From Callorhinchus milii (lineage: Eukaryota): a DNA stretch of 64,000 bases. Positions 25,603 to 38,320 of this stretch are shown here, piece after piece; position 1 is the first letter of the stretch, and each line of letters begins with the position of its first letter. The notes beneath the pieces are model-generated. The model ran no database searches and had not been told where the DNA came from. It was given only the letters and a program-made list of their open reading frames with translations. The DNA lies in the NCBI RefSeq assembly GCF_018977255.1, contig NW_024704743.1, forward strand, positions 107,634,001-107,698,000. The letters run 5' to 3'. The position numbers and the translations under genes were made by a program.

Positions 25603-27654
25603 GTGAGTGATCGATCTGAATTGAAGCACACTTTAAACAATCCAGCTGTCAAATGTGATTGATCAACCTGTGCATCTTAATAGTTTTTAATGCATAAAGT
25701 TCTCAAAATACGTATGTTGGATTATTTTAGCATAGAACAATTGCATTGCATATTGCAGTCTCTACTATGCAGCTTGGAGTCATTGCTTATTTAACTGTAG
25801 AGTATACATCAGATCACATTAAAGTTTTAGGAATGCTTCAAGGAAATCTCCAGGCAGTTGGCTAATTTAAAATGGTCAAACCTATTTCAAAGTGTACATC
25901 AAAGTGTGGATCATTTGTAAAATTGATTTTACCCATGTGAGATTTGGTATTAAATGTTGTAATTATCAGGGTGAGTAAGAATGAAGCAATGTTCCACTAT
26001 GCGATTGATGTTTGCTAATGCTTATGCTTGTAGTGCCAACTACAGTTTGTCTCGGTTTTGTTCTGTGAAACAAATGGTTTTGTGAAATTTTGGGTTGACT
26101 AAATCAACTCTTTCCTTCGTATCCTACTCTTAAAGACTTTTTCTTAAAGTCTCCATAGCTTAAAAAAGTTGCCATTTGTGCAATTAAGTACTTGCAAATT
26201 TAAACGTGCAGTATTAATTGATTCAGGCTTTCTCTTTAAAGGAACATATTTGTTGCTGAAACGTTACTCATTACACTTTCCAATGAAAGTATAAAGAATA
26301 CACATTAAGTCCCTAATCTTTTACTCCTTTAAGAATGTCAATGTAGAAAAAAAACTTAACCCAACTTGCAAAAATCGCATTGCCACAAAAATTCAACATG
26401 TTGCACAACATGCTTTCCTGGCAGCTATTATGGCTTGTTCTCCAAAATGGAGTACACAGAGCAGGATGCTTCAGGGTGTAGAAACTGAACCTAAAGCTCC
26501 ATGTCAAGGTTAAATTCTTAATTTACCTCATAGGTGATTCAAAACCTTCAAGTGAAAAAATATATCAAATATGTCTATGTGTCCACAATCATGTTGGATA
26601 TTCTACTAAATATCTAGTTTGCTGTTTAATTAAATGAAATAGTCCTCTTCTATGAAATCTAGAAAAATGGAATCCTATAATTCTCTGTTACCATTTTAAC
26701 TATAAAAAATCTTCTCACCTTTGTCCCAGATGTCAGTTTTGACTTCCAGGATTTTAATTTGAAAAATATACAGCACTATAATTTACAATTAATCCTGTAA
26801 AGCACTTTCAGAAATTTTGATAAGGTGCTGTATTAAATGCAAGGATTATTTTTATTAAAGCAGAACCTTCTCCCAGAAGGTTTTCTGTCTAAAATGATTT
26901 GCTGAGGCTAGCTGTTAAGAGCAGAGTCAAATGGGGGTATTTTAAAAAGAATTGGACATGAACATGCTGAGGAAAAGTATTAAGAAGGTACAGGGAAAGA
27001 CTAGGGGATTGGGATTCATGGCTTCTTTGAGGAGCAATCACCATTATGAAAAGAATGATTGAATGTTTTCTTCGGTGTCATACATTTCTATGGTTATATG
27101 TATTTAGAATTGGTGCTCATGATTTGCCTTGAATTGGAAAAGTAGAAAGAAGGTTGGTGATGGAAAAGGGCATATTATTAACAATGGGTTGGGGTCCGTT
27201 GGACTTTGTAGCAGGGAGATTCTCCTTTGGAATTATCTTATTGATACCTGTTTAGCCTCAAGAATTAGAATCTAAAGCTTTAACATGAATGTGCTGGGAT
27301 GCAAGTCCAAGCCTGGTGTCCAGGTAGACATAATAGGGGTCCCTGTGTTCTGAGTGCTCAATTGATGAGGTTCATGAATTTGACCCTGTGCACCATGAAA
27401 TAACTAATGCAATTTTACTTGTATATAAAGTTGCTTTATGAATGTGGAATTAAATTATCTGTATAAAATTGTATTACAGCTATTTCTGAACACATGGGGA
27501 CAAATTCAGAAAACTTGCCAAAAGGAACACAATAGAAGTTATCCAACAATTCATTATTAATTGCATAAAACAGAATAACCTTGGAAATAGATTTGTTGAT
27601 GCCAATTGCTATGCCACAATCGTAATTGAGAAAATTAATATGTGAATAATAAAT

Positions 27655-27805
27655 AAATAATCCTTGCATTTGAAACAGAACCTTTCAAAAAAGACATTTC
27701 AAAGTGCTACACTGAATTTACCGTAAAGTGTACTGACTATTGTATATTTTGTAGGCAAACATGGAAACTAATTTGCACACAGCAATGTCCTACTATTGGT
27801 CATGT
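27655..27805 (-). mobile_element. Old SINE 3' fragment
   Basis: ATCCTTGCATTTG tail and AATTTGCACACAGCAATGTCC core. Confidence 0.75.
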
Positions 27806-27934
27806 AGCTACCCCTGGAAAGATACATTCCCTAATCTTTTACTCCTTTCAGAAAATTTATTTGAATGAATGACATTTATTGAAAATCTATCCCCACCAAA
27901 ACAATATTGCAGTAAGCAATGACAGCTTGCAGGA

Positions 27935-28950
27935 TAGCTTCTTGGAGTGCTATATGTTGGGGACATACAGCAGGCTTGCATTAGTAGAGTGAAGGGGGCA
28001 GGCAGAAGAGTGGGGTACAGGTCACAATTAGGGAGCTGCTAAGGTGTGAAGGGATTTTATGTGATGCTGAGGATCTTGAAATCGATCTGTTCAGAGACGG
28101 GAGTACTGTGGAGCCTAATCAGGATTGGGGTAATGGAGGTGCACAGTTTGGTGCATGTAAGGATGTGTGCAATGGAATTTTGTATCAGTTGGACGTTGTA
28201 GACGGTGGAATGGAGGAGACCAGCAAGGGGTGCATTTGTGAAATCAAGTGAGGAGGTGTGCGGTTGAGTCGGATATGGGAAGTGTGGCGCAGTCCTGATC
28301 AAGGACCGAATGTGGGATGAGAAGCACAGCTGGGGATTGAACAAGATGCCAAGATTATCAACCAGTTTGGTGACAGAGAGAGGCCAGTGAGGTTGGATCC
28401 AAAGGAGGTGAGACATTGGTGGGAGCCAAGGAGGATGGCTTCCAACTTGATCATTTTAAGTAGCTATTCTGTCTAACAAACTGTTGTGCGACTGAACAGT
28501 GGACCTGGAATCACGGTGGGAGGCAGAAGATATATTTGTATATCATCCGCATATATGTAGAAGCTGATTTGCGGATGAACATCGACAAGAGGAAGATGTA
28601 GATGAAGAAAAGAAAGCAGCCATGCCAGACCAGGAGGAGAAACCACCGGGGAAGTCGACTAGAGGTGGTGGGTAAAGCAGGAATTGAAACAGGAGAATGC
28701 GGTGCAATGAAGGTGGATGAGAGAGGAGAGGGAGTCAAGGAGGATAGAATGGTCCACACTGTTGAAAGCAGACATGCTGATGAGGCACAGAGAGAGAGTG
28801 AGTTTGTCATTGGTAACTTTGACAAGGGACTGTCTAAGTGTTGTAGGCAGGGTGGAAACCAGATTGGAGGGGCTCAAGCAGGGAATGGAGGGAAAGGTGG
28901 GGAGAAAATTTGGGTGACAGTAACATGTTCCAACAAGTTCCAAGATTTTT
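27935..28950 (-). mobile_element. L2 LINE ORF2 remnant, decayed reverse transcriptase
   Basis: Fragments LVKVTND...SAFNSVDHSILL and VDNLGILFNPQL...IQNSIAHIL...IDFKIL. Confidence 0.85.
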
Positions 28951-31286
28951 GATATGAAGCATAAATTATACCAGCGTGTGCAAAACCGTATGTAATGAAT
29001 CTGTCAAAAGTATCTACATTCAGTGAAATTTAAATTTTAGAACATTATACTTTTTAAAGAAACCAGTTTTTTGCAATGATAGGTTAAATTGAAATGCTAA
29101 GTACCAAGAGTGGTCCAATGTCAAACTTATGATTAAATATTGCTGACTACATACACACTTAATAAAGAAATTAGGCTAATCCTTATAGTTGTAGATGTTA
29201 TGTATTAGAACAACCTGCAGGGATTATATTATTATAAAGTGGTACCATTTGTTGCATTGCGGTCAGACTTTGTGAATTGATCAAAAATCATTAATTCATC
29301 ATTTAGCACAGTTTTGGGGCTATATAGGTGCAGTATTTATACATGCTGGTAATATGGAGGTGTAAAGCATTCTAAAAGTTTCACATGCCATTGTATTAGA
29401 TTTGGGATCTAGTTTAAAGCAACCTATATATTTAGCAGCAATCTGAATTTTTCAGTGTTTCTTCAAACCTTTACAGAGTATGTGGAATCTAAAGAAGTAA
29501 AGTTAAACTATACATTGCCTACAACATTGAAATGTTTTTAAACCCTTCCATTATCATGGTGACTACATGTTTGCACTTGCAGACACTGTAAACATAAAAT
29601 GCAAATGGTCAACATTTTCTGTCTATCAGATAATATAGATGCATTTTTGAACTATCATTCGTTATGTTTGAAATGGGAAGTGAGCTAAATCCTTTAGGGT
29701 GATTAGGATCAGTTTTGTTTTCCCTTCAACTGCTTGAGGATGTAATGTTTCTCCCCACCCCCGTCCAGCTCCTAAGAAACAAAGAGGCCGCATGCATTCT
29801 TGTGAGGAAGAGATTTCTAGATTTGCTTTTAAGTATGTGGGCCCTTGGGCAAAACTGGCTTTGTTTGAAAAGATGGATTTAGGAGCTACAAGTGGCATTG
29901 GTCAGATCCTTGTTAGGACAATTCTGTCACCTCAGGTACTAAAGAATGACTGAAGTAATTTGTGCCATTCATTATCTTATGAGGCTGGTTGAACCCAGTT
30001 TGCCATATTAGCATGAAAATACAAGTTTGAAGCCTTCTGATTTGGTGACCTCTGCTTTTACCTGATAGGCCATGACCAGTTGTAGAGGTGAAGATTGCTA
30101 GTCTGAGTGGACAGAAAATCCTGGCATGGATTATTTCTGAATGATGGACGCTAATCTGGGGGTTTTAAAGTTTTAAGTAACTTCAAAGTATGCTGTTGCG
30201 ACATAAATTTGTATTCATGATTTCATCAAGTTTCTGATCTTGACTGGATTTGTGGTTTGTGAGGGCATTACATTGTTATCCAGGAGGATAGTTGGTGAGC
30301 AAATGTGTTGGGTCATACATGTGCATGCTAATGATTGGTTAGAGTGCAATTGGCAGAGACCTGAGAACTTGATACTTGTCTGCCCTTGGCTAGGTAATTG
30401 GAGGTGATGGCTAAGTAACTTAAGGATGAGGGAAGAGAATTAAAAGAATATAGGAAATTATTTAAATCAGCATCTAAATTCCCCCCTTTCTGGATTATGT
30501 AGACTCTGTAGTCAAGAAGGTACGTTCAGGTGCTCTTTCTGTGAAGTTTTGATCCAGGCACTTATATGTGCAAGAGCACCTTTATCAAATCCTGTAGAGA
30601 TCAGAAGCACAGCAGTGTAAGCGTCTCAAATTAAGTTGCTTGATGTTACTGTGTTACTCATTGGTTCTTCACCATATTGGAGTGCATTGGTTTTGAAGTT
30701 ATTTTTCTACCTTTGCTGCAAAATATTTTAACTGAAAATTATATAATAAGCCCTTTCTTCAGAACAATTGTCAGCTTCACATGGCTGGCGCAACACCTAT
30801 TTTTACCCACTGGATGTAAAGTCAATTTTTATGTTACAGACATTATAAAATGCTCAAATATACTTTTGGAATACCCTTGGAAATTAAAGTAAAACAACTA
30901 TGAATGCATTTCAAAAACACATTGTTCAAACTCCCTCTTCCCAGACTTCCTTTCCCCCCTCCCTCTTCGTAGACTTCCTTCCCCCTCCCTCCTTCCTGTA
31001 CCCTCCTTCTTTCTCTCCGCCAAACTTCTGCAATAATACAGATTCCCTTCCCTAGCCCAGGGTGCTAATGCCAACTGTAGCACTTCTATTTATTGCTACC
31101 AGGGGTCAGATCAGGTAACTCAGCTATGCCTGGAGATCATGTTTTGACCTTCCAGGTCTGTTTGGCTAAATTCCAATTTGGGCAGTCTACTAACCAGTTA
31201 AGTTACAAGGTACAAAGTGTTTGTGAATGTAAGACCAGCAATGAATTCTTGAAAGCTAATAAGGTAAACATGCTCCAGGAAACGTA

Positions 31287-31700
31287 CAATAACTTGCATT
31301 TATGTAGCATCCTTCATGTGGGAAGTGTTTCGGAGTGCTTAACAATGGCGGCGCCTGATGCTGAGCCTAGGAGAAGGGGAAGATGACCATAGGCACAGCC
31401 CAAGAGGAAAGTCTTTGGGTATGATTTGGATAGCTGGAGGAGAAAGAGATATGGGTATTCTCCACATACATAAGAAATTTGACCCCATGTCTGCAGATGA
31501 CATCATCGAGAGGGAGCATGCAAATGAGGAAAAGAAGGGGGCCAAGGATGGAACCAGGAGAGTGCAGTCCCACTAAAGTTAATGATGGAGAGGCAGTTGA
31601 GGAGAAAGGTGTGATCAACTGTCAAAGGCAATGGAGAGGTCCAAGAGGACAAGAAAATAGAAGGAACCCTAGTCACAGATAGAGAGGATGTCATTTGTGA
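31287..31700 (-). mobile_element. L2 LINE remnant with large internal deletions
   Basis: Tail at 31287-31380 joined to the RT motif GSILGPLLFLICMLPL. Confidence 0.8.
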
Positions 31701-31799
31701 CTGAAAGATTAACCTTTTTTCTATATCAATTAAAAAAGCTATTTCGTTTAATCAAGGATTCCTTTTTAGCGTCAATTCTGACCATTTCAGAATATTAGA

Positions 31800-31960
31800 T
31801 AAAATTGGTCATTCATTGCATGGCTGTTGGTGGGATATTGCTGTGGGCAAATTGGTGGTATGCTTTCATAATATGCAGTCGCTACACTTTAAAGTAAAAT
31901 CATGTGAAGCACATTGAGACAGATGTCTCTGTGTTGCTATATCATGTGTAAAGATTATCA
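31800..31960 (+). mobile_element. Old SINE 3' fragment
   Basis: TTGGTCATTCATT...GGGATATTGCTGTGGGCAAATTGG core. Confidence 0.65.
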
Positions 31961-33298
31961 TTATATCATTTTTCCTACCCTAAGCCTGCCTGGTCCAAAC
32001 TGAATCAAAAATTGATGATCTGAGTCTTTTGACTGCTTCAACTGCACTAGGTGGCAGTCTGTTCCATATGTTTACAATAGGCATGTTATTACTTCTGGAT
32101 CATGTCCCTGTTCTATCTTGGTTCTGGGTAGAAGTATCTCTAAATCCACTTTTTAAAAGTAAGAAAATCCCAATTCACCATTTCATCTTTATCTAACGAA
32201 AAATTATTTAGCTTATTTTACCTGTCTTAAAAGATATAACCAAAACCTGGAATTATTTGCTGCTTTTTAACTTTTTTTTTCCTATTTCTATATCTCTACC
32301 AATGCTAACTGGATATAATATTCAATGGTTGGCCTCGCACATAGTTTGTGAAGTTGGTATCACTTCTCTTGGATCTATTTGCAGTTTCTAACTGTTTTGT
32401 AAAATCTGACTTGCATGAGGATTTTTTTCCATCTATGGTTAACCATGAGATCCAAATATATCCTATTTTCTTTAGAGCCTATATCCATCTCACACACATT
32501 TTTGTGATTCATTCTCTTCATTCAGTCTGCACAGATTTTGTACCTTGAGCCATTGGTTAGTAACATTGGAGTCACATTTCTACTTTTTCTCCTCCCACTA
32601 GTTCACCCAGGAACACAGTTGTAGCACCCAATTGCTGCCCTGGCTGCACTTGCCTCATGTAGTTTCAAATTGAACCAGTTTGTATGCCTTAGTGCTGAAC
32701 CAGTTTTATTTACCAGAAATTATACTTTTAGTGACTTCACCAAGATTATTTGTAGTTGTTGCTAACTGTGGATATCCCAAGACTGAACACAGTGGGAGGT
32801 CAGATCATCACAGCTGCTCGATTACAAACTATTGATCATAGTTTTCCTTTGGTAGCCAATTTACTTCCTTTTATCTCAAGAGTTTTCACTTCAGCCACAA
32901 ATTTCTTGGGACGACCTACCATCAAATTCATATAAATTGTTATATGTGCACAAATACTGTTGCAGCATTAAATAATTCAAATAGATTTGTTTGGCTTGAT
33001 GTGCCTTTCATGAATCTTTTATTATAGAATTTTTTTTAGTGTTAAATACATTTCAACTGATTATAGCGATTGGGCATTTTCCTCCTATAGATGTAATATC
33101 CTAAATTCTCGGGATTGTGCTTTTTCTCAAACATTGGATATTAACTACTTATTAAAATACAAGGATTGTTCGTATTATTATTACTTTTCTATCTTGCATT
33201 ATTCATTAATGTGCTTTAATAAAATCCGGAATACCTTCCCATTATTTCATTTTTAATTTTCTTTTATTTAGAATTAGGTGTTCTATCTGGTACTACTG

Positions 33299-33830
33299 CA
33301 ACAACATCTTGCATTTATATAGCGCCCTCCAGGCCGGGCGGTGTCTCAGAGTGCTTAACAATGGCGGAGCCTGAGGCTGAGCCAGGAAGAGGGGGAAGGT
33401 GACTGTAGGCACGGTTGAAGAGGAAAGTCCTCAGGCGTGACCTAAAGATGGGGAAAGAGGGAGCAAAGTGAAGGGTTTGAGGGAGGGATTTCCAAAGTTT
33501 TGGCACATAGTGGCTGAAGGCACGGCCACCGATGGTGGAGCGGAGAATTCGGGGGACACGGAGGAGGCCGGACTCAGTAGAGCGGCGGCAGTGGGTACTG
33601 CTGTGGGGAGCGAGGAGGTGAGAGAGATAGGAGGATGCCGAGGAATGGAGGGATTTAAACCCTAGAGTGAGGATCTTAAAGTGGATCCGCTCTGTGACAG
33701 GGAGCAGTGGAGTTGGCAAGGACTTGAGTAATCGGGGTATGAAATTTGGTGTGGGTGAGAATGCGGGCGGTGGAGTTTTCAATGAGCTGAATTTTGTGAA
33801 TAGTGGAGGAGGGGAGACCAGCGAGGAGGG
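33299..33830 (-). mobile_element. L2 LINE 3' fragment with target-site duplication
   Basis: Translation includes LPVTERIHFKILTLGFKSLH and GGRAFSHYVPKLWKSLP. GGTACTACTG flanks both ends (33289-33298 and 33829-33838). Confidence 0.93.
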
Positions 33831-35839
33831 TACTACTGTTTCATAAATATTCAACTTCATTTTTCAAAGGTTTCTAAACAGAAGAACATATTCGAGAACA
33901 AGTCAATTAAAGTTTATGTGAACTATATACACAAAAGTTGATCTGTGTGAATTTAGTCATTTGCTGTTTCAAGTTTAAGCGATTATTTTCGAAATGTAGT
34001 ACTTTATGACAGAGTGACCATACGCATTCAAATTGAGCCAGGTTGAGTTGGAGAGAGTGCCAATGAACTATATTCTCTGAATAATGTTCTCTGGCTCCAG
34101 GCGGCATGCTGGATGGACCAACCCAGAGAACTGTAAGGTGTAAAGTACTCCAATTTTAAAAAAACATTTCATAACTAATTTCTAATTATTTCATAACTAC
34201 TGAGGTCATCTACTTCTCCTATTCAACGATTGGAAAGGGAAGGTCACCATTTTCTTTGAGAAATTCTTATAGATTTTTTCAGTGATGATCATTTAGGTTT
34301 CCACTTGTCCTTTCATAATAAATACAAACTATGTCTTGTTCAGTTGTAACAATTGAGGCTTTCTACAGATGTGTTGTGAAGTAGGAGTGTAATCTATTAC
34401 CCATTCAATTGTTGACATGTTACTATTATTCCTGATTTTCTACCATTACAGAATTATTTCATTCAAGCAAAATACTTTTTTTTAAATTTTGAGAACTTTC
34501 ATATATGCTTTTATGGAAAATCTCAATGTGCCATTGTTGCCAAATTTCAATAGTTTAATTTTTAGTTTTGAATCCTGAATCACAAAATCTCTGAAGAAAT
34601 TTAATCCAAAGTTGGCCTATTCTCACATGGAAGCCCATCTGGTACTATTACAGAATAGGTCAAAGTTGGATTTATTTAAATGAACAACATAGCATATGCT
34701 CCTAGAAAAAGAATCCTAATTTACAGAAATCGGTTGTGTCCGAAGCATTCTGCATATCAGAACTACATCCTACCAATCACACTGAATGAAATTTGTTTGT
34801 AATCCAGTAGCACAGATCATTTGAAACAATTAATCACAGATCCTGATGCAATTATGTTCAATTTGCTATCAATGACCTAATGATAAGAATATGAACAAAC
34901 TGCTGCCCAGGGAATACTGCTTTTCAGATGTGCCTGACTTTGATTTACCCCAACTCCAAAAAATACTTTTTCCCCCTATAAATTGTGTCCATCATCCATT
35001 TTGTCCCCTGGAAGGAAGCAAATGCATTTGGAATGAAAGCTTCTTATCATTAAATTGGTGTGGTCTGTTTAAAGAATGTTTCTCTTTGGGCGTTTGCTAC
35101 ATTATAGAAGTATTTTGGAGGGAGGGGAGACATTTTTTTTATTCCTTTCAGTTTTGAAGACAATTCATTAGCTACATAAATAAAAAGTTTAAATGCAAGG
35201 ACATATTTCAAATTTCCCGTTGAAGGTGCTGATTCCTGCTGTGTTACTCGGGTGCTGGCAATCCTCAGGTTCCTTGGCTAAATGGTGAATATCCATGCGA
35301 ATGAATTAAAACACAAAAATGTCTGTATGTGGGGACACTAGTGCAATAGGATAATTTTCTAAAAAGGTGAAGGTGGATTGTTAGGCGTAGTAGGAGCTTT
35401 ATGGTGACCCTGAATGGAAAAATTAGTTTTGTTTTATTTTCCTTAATTTAGACATCCTTTATTTGATTTGATCACAAAACAAATTTTATGTTGGATTTGT
35501 GTTGGAACATTTCAACACTGCATTATAATGCTCAGTATTGACAGTTACTTACGTTTTGTTTAAATTCCCAATGGAATATTTATTTTAACAAACCAAAGTC
35601 AAATATGGTTCTTTTTAAAGGAGAAGGGATAACAAAACTTGTATGAAAAGATAGGTTTGTAAGTAAGAAATTAAAAAAGCAGAAGCCAAAAATACTGAAT
35701 ATTGCAATGGTACTGTATTACAAATGATTAATTGAACACTGAGATACGTCTCTGTTAATTTAGCAGCAAGTAGGAATCTGTTGTTAGTCGATTGGCAGAT
35801 GCTTTCTGGGGGTAATAATCGCCCCCCCAAAAAAAAACA

Positions 35840-35985
35840 TTGGTAACTCAATACCACTGTTTGTGGGACACTGGTGTGCAAAATTGGCTGCTGCTTTTCG
35901 CCCACAAATTATATATTCTGTGAAGCACTTTGAGATATATTAACAATGTGATACAGTACTATATTAAATGCTAGGATTATTATAT
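35840..35985 (+). mobile_element. Old SINE 3' fragment
   Basis: CTGTTTGTGGGACACTGGTGTGCAAAATTGGCTGC core and AAATGCTAGGATTATTAT tail. Confidence 0.75.
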
Positions 35986-37604
35986 TTAGCTGTTAAAGCA
36001 TTTTGACTTGACACTTCTCTAGATTATAGTCCCTGTTTTTTGAATAAATGTGGATCTCAATAACTAAAACCCAAAACTTGGATAATGGTATGCTTATTTG
36101 ATGGATTAAATCAATTATTTTGAATATTGTGCCCAATCTGCCGTCTCATCTGATATGTTTAGGTCCTGACCTCCATTTTAGGTGAGGATACTATTTTTGC
36201 AACTTGTCCTGTGAGTAGTTTGTGGTTTTCCATGTGTGGGTTTCTAAACCACCCAAATCTTAAATAGCTACATATGAAACTAGGCCATCAATATGTGTTG
36301 ACCCTTGCAGCATGGAGTTGCTCTGATTACCAGAAGCAATTAGTCAAGCCACACACCACTCTGGGCATTCCTTATTGACACAGAACCAGAGCTGATGCAT
36401 GGTATCGAAAATAACTAAGAAAGGTAAAATAGAACTAGTAAAAAGAACCCATGAAAAGTAGATGTAGAAACCAGAAAAAATACGAACGGTAATAACAAAT
36501 TCTGTGAAGTTTCTACTATTGTTTGCATAAGTGATACAGATGCATAGGAAATATTAAGTTGTGTTGAACTTCCCACTTGATAGTGTGCTGTGGAGTCCAT
36601 TTATGGGTGATGTAACCAATTGCTAAGAATCTCCAGCCAGATTTTTGGGGAAGCAATGCATATGTTGGACTAATAATTAAATGTTACCTGGTAAATAACT
36701 CCATATCATATTCTGCTAATTGACATGAAAATTGGGCACAGTTTGTATGTAACGTGCTTCAGGACAAATTGTTGTTCGCCAATTCTGTTAGTTGGTACTA
36801 GAATTGCTCACATTTGTGCTAATGATCTGACAGTGAAGGAGCTGTTTGGAGTTGTGATGTCACTTTACACAATTGTTTTCTTCCCCTGCTTTTTTTCCCT
36901 CAATTTTCTCCTTTAAGATTTCTATTCCAAATTCTGTTGGTAAGGTCCATTAAAGTATGTTACTGACATACAGAAGCAACATTGTCTGTTACCTATCTGG
37001 CATTGGAATAGTAAAAACTTGTTGGATGTTTTCAATGTTTCAGTGAACTGCCTGGTGTGGTGCTGAGACGTACACTACTAGAATACCTAATTTTGATCTC
37101 TGGTCTGAGTTGTTAGCTGCTTTGCTGGTGATGAAGCGGAAGTTCTTATTTGTTACACAACAATTGAGTGAAACACTAGAACTTATTGTTCACAAGCAAG
37201 GAAGGAACAAATACTTTAAATTTCTACTTTTGATCACTGCCTTTTGATCAATAGTAATAGTATTGAAAAGCTAGTTTTGGTGACTGATGTTACAGCTTCA
37301 GGAGTGAGTAATTAAAATGTACAAATTTAACTATTTATAACTACAGTCAAGAGCCCAATATCTGCAATAACTGGGGGCAGTTCCATTTTGGATATGAAAA
37401 TGTAGATACTAGGTCTTCACCAAAATACAATACTAGTACTTGTTAAATTCTTTCAGATTCAATACAGTAATTTATTTGTTTTAACTTGGAGTTTCACATT
37501 GTCTGATAACTTCTAGTAAATGATCAGTAATCACACCCAAAACCTTTTCTTCCTCCGCATGAGCAGCATGCTGGAACGCCACACGATCAATCTGGCATGT
37601 TTAT

Positions 37605-37907
37605 GGAGCTCCTGTAGCTCAGTGGTTAGAGCACTCGCTTTGCAAGTGCAAGACCTGAGTTCAATTCCAGGCAGGGCGAAACCTTGGGCAAGTTTCCTTA
37701 CTCCACACGCCTAATAATAATCCTCCAAAACAATAATAAATTGGTCATTTTCAATCTACGACTGTTTGTGGGACATTGCTGTGCGCAATTGGCTGCCGCG
37801 TTCGCCCACAAATATACAGTCAATTCACTTTACAGTGTGTTCTGTGAAGTGCTTTGGGACGTCCTCCCGACGTGAAAAGCGCTATATCAAATGCAAGGAT
37901 TATTATT
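37605..37907 (+). mobile_element. tRNA-Ala-derived SINE, full length, with L2-type 3' tail
   Basis: A-box TAGCTCAGTGG 37615-37625, loop ttTGCaa, B-box GTTCAATTCC 37659-37668, core TGCTGTGCGCAATTGGCTGCCGCG, tail GTGAAAAGCGCTATATCAAATGCAAGGATTATTAT. Confidence 0.93.
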
Positions 37908-38129
37908 TAATAAAGAGCTCGTGGCCTCCTGTGGAATGACCACAAAACAAAATGGTCTTTTCCATTCTCCAAATTTAATTTTATAAGGAGACCAAAAAAA
38001 CCTTAAAGACCCTAGAAAGCCTGGCCTTCCCTCTGAAAGCATAGGAAGCACATAAAGGGCATTCGGTCTTAAAAGCTGCATGTTGGTAAGGAAGTAAAGT
38101 GATTTGCTTTGGTAGAAAAAATAAAGAGG

Positions 38130-38320
38130 CTGACCGTATCGTGAATGGTAGGAACCTAAGAGTGGCAGAATAACAAAGCGATGTAGGGATCTAGATTCAT
38201 AGGACTTTTAAAGTAGCAGCATAAATAAATAATGCCAATAAAGTCCTTTTGCTTTATGTCTTGAGGAATGGAGTATAAAAGTAGGGAGGCAATGTTAAAT
38301 TTAAAACTTTATTTTCTGTA
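38130..38320 (+). mobile_element. Decayed CR1 RT-region fragment
   Basis: AGGAATGGAGTATAAAAGTAGGGAGGCAATGTTAAAT reads GMEYKSREAMLN, CR1-like. Confidence 0.6.

Noticed and set aside
25603..25662. ORF-track extensions of the CHD7 exons (also the GTG start at 23935 and the stop at 48149-48151)
   Set aside because: Read-through past canonical donors. CHD7 homology starts at ATG 23950 and ends at the splice sites.
37605..37680. tRNA-Ala-like sequence (also at about 150-222, 19930-20001 and 44527-44600)
   Set aside because: These are SINE heads, each fused to the same body and tail, with imperfect stems.
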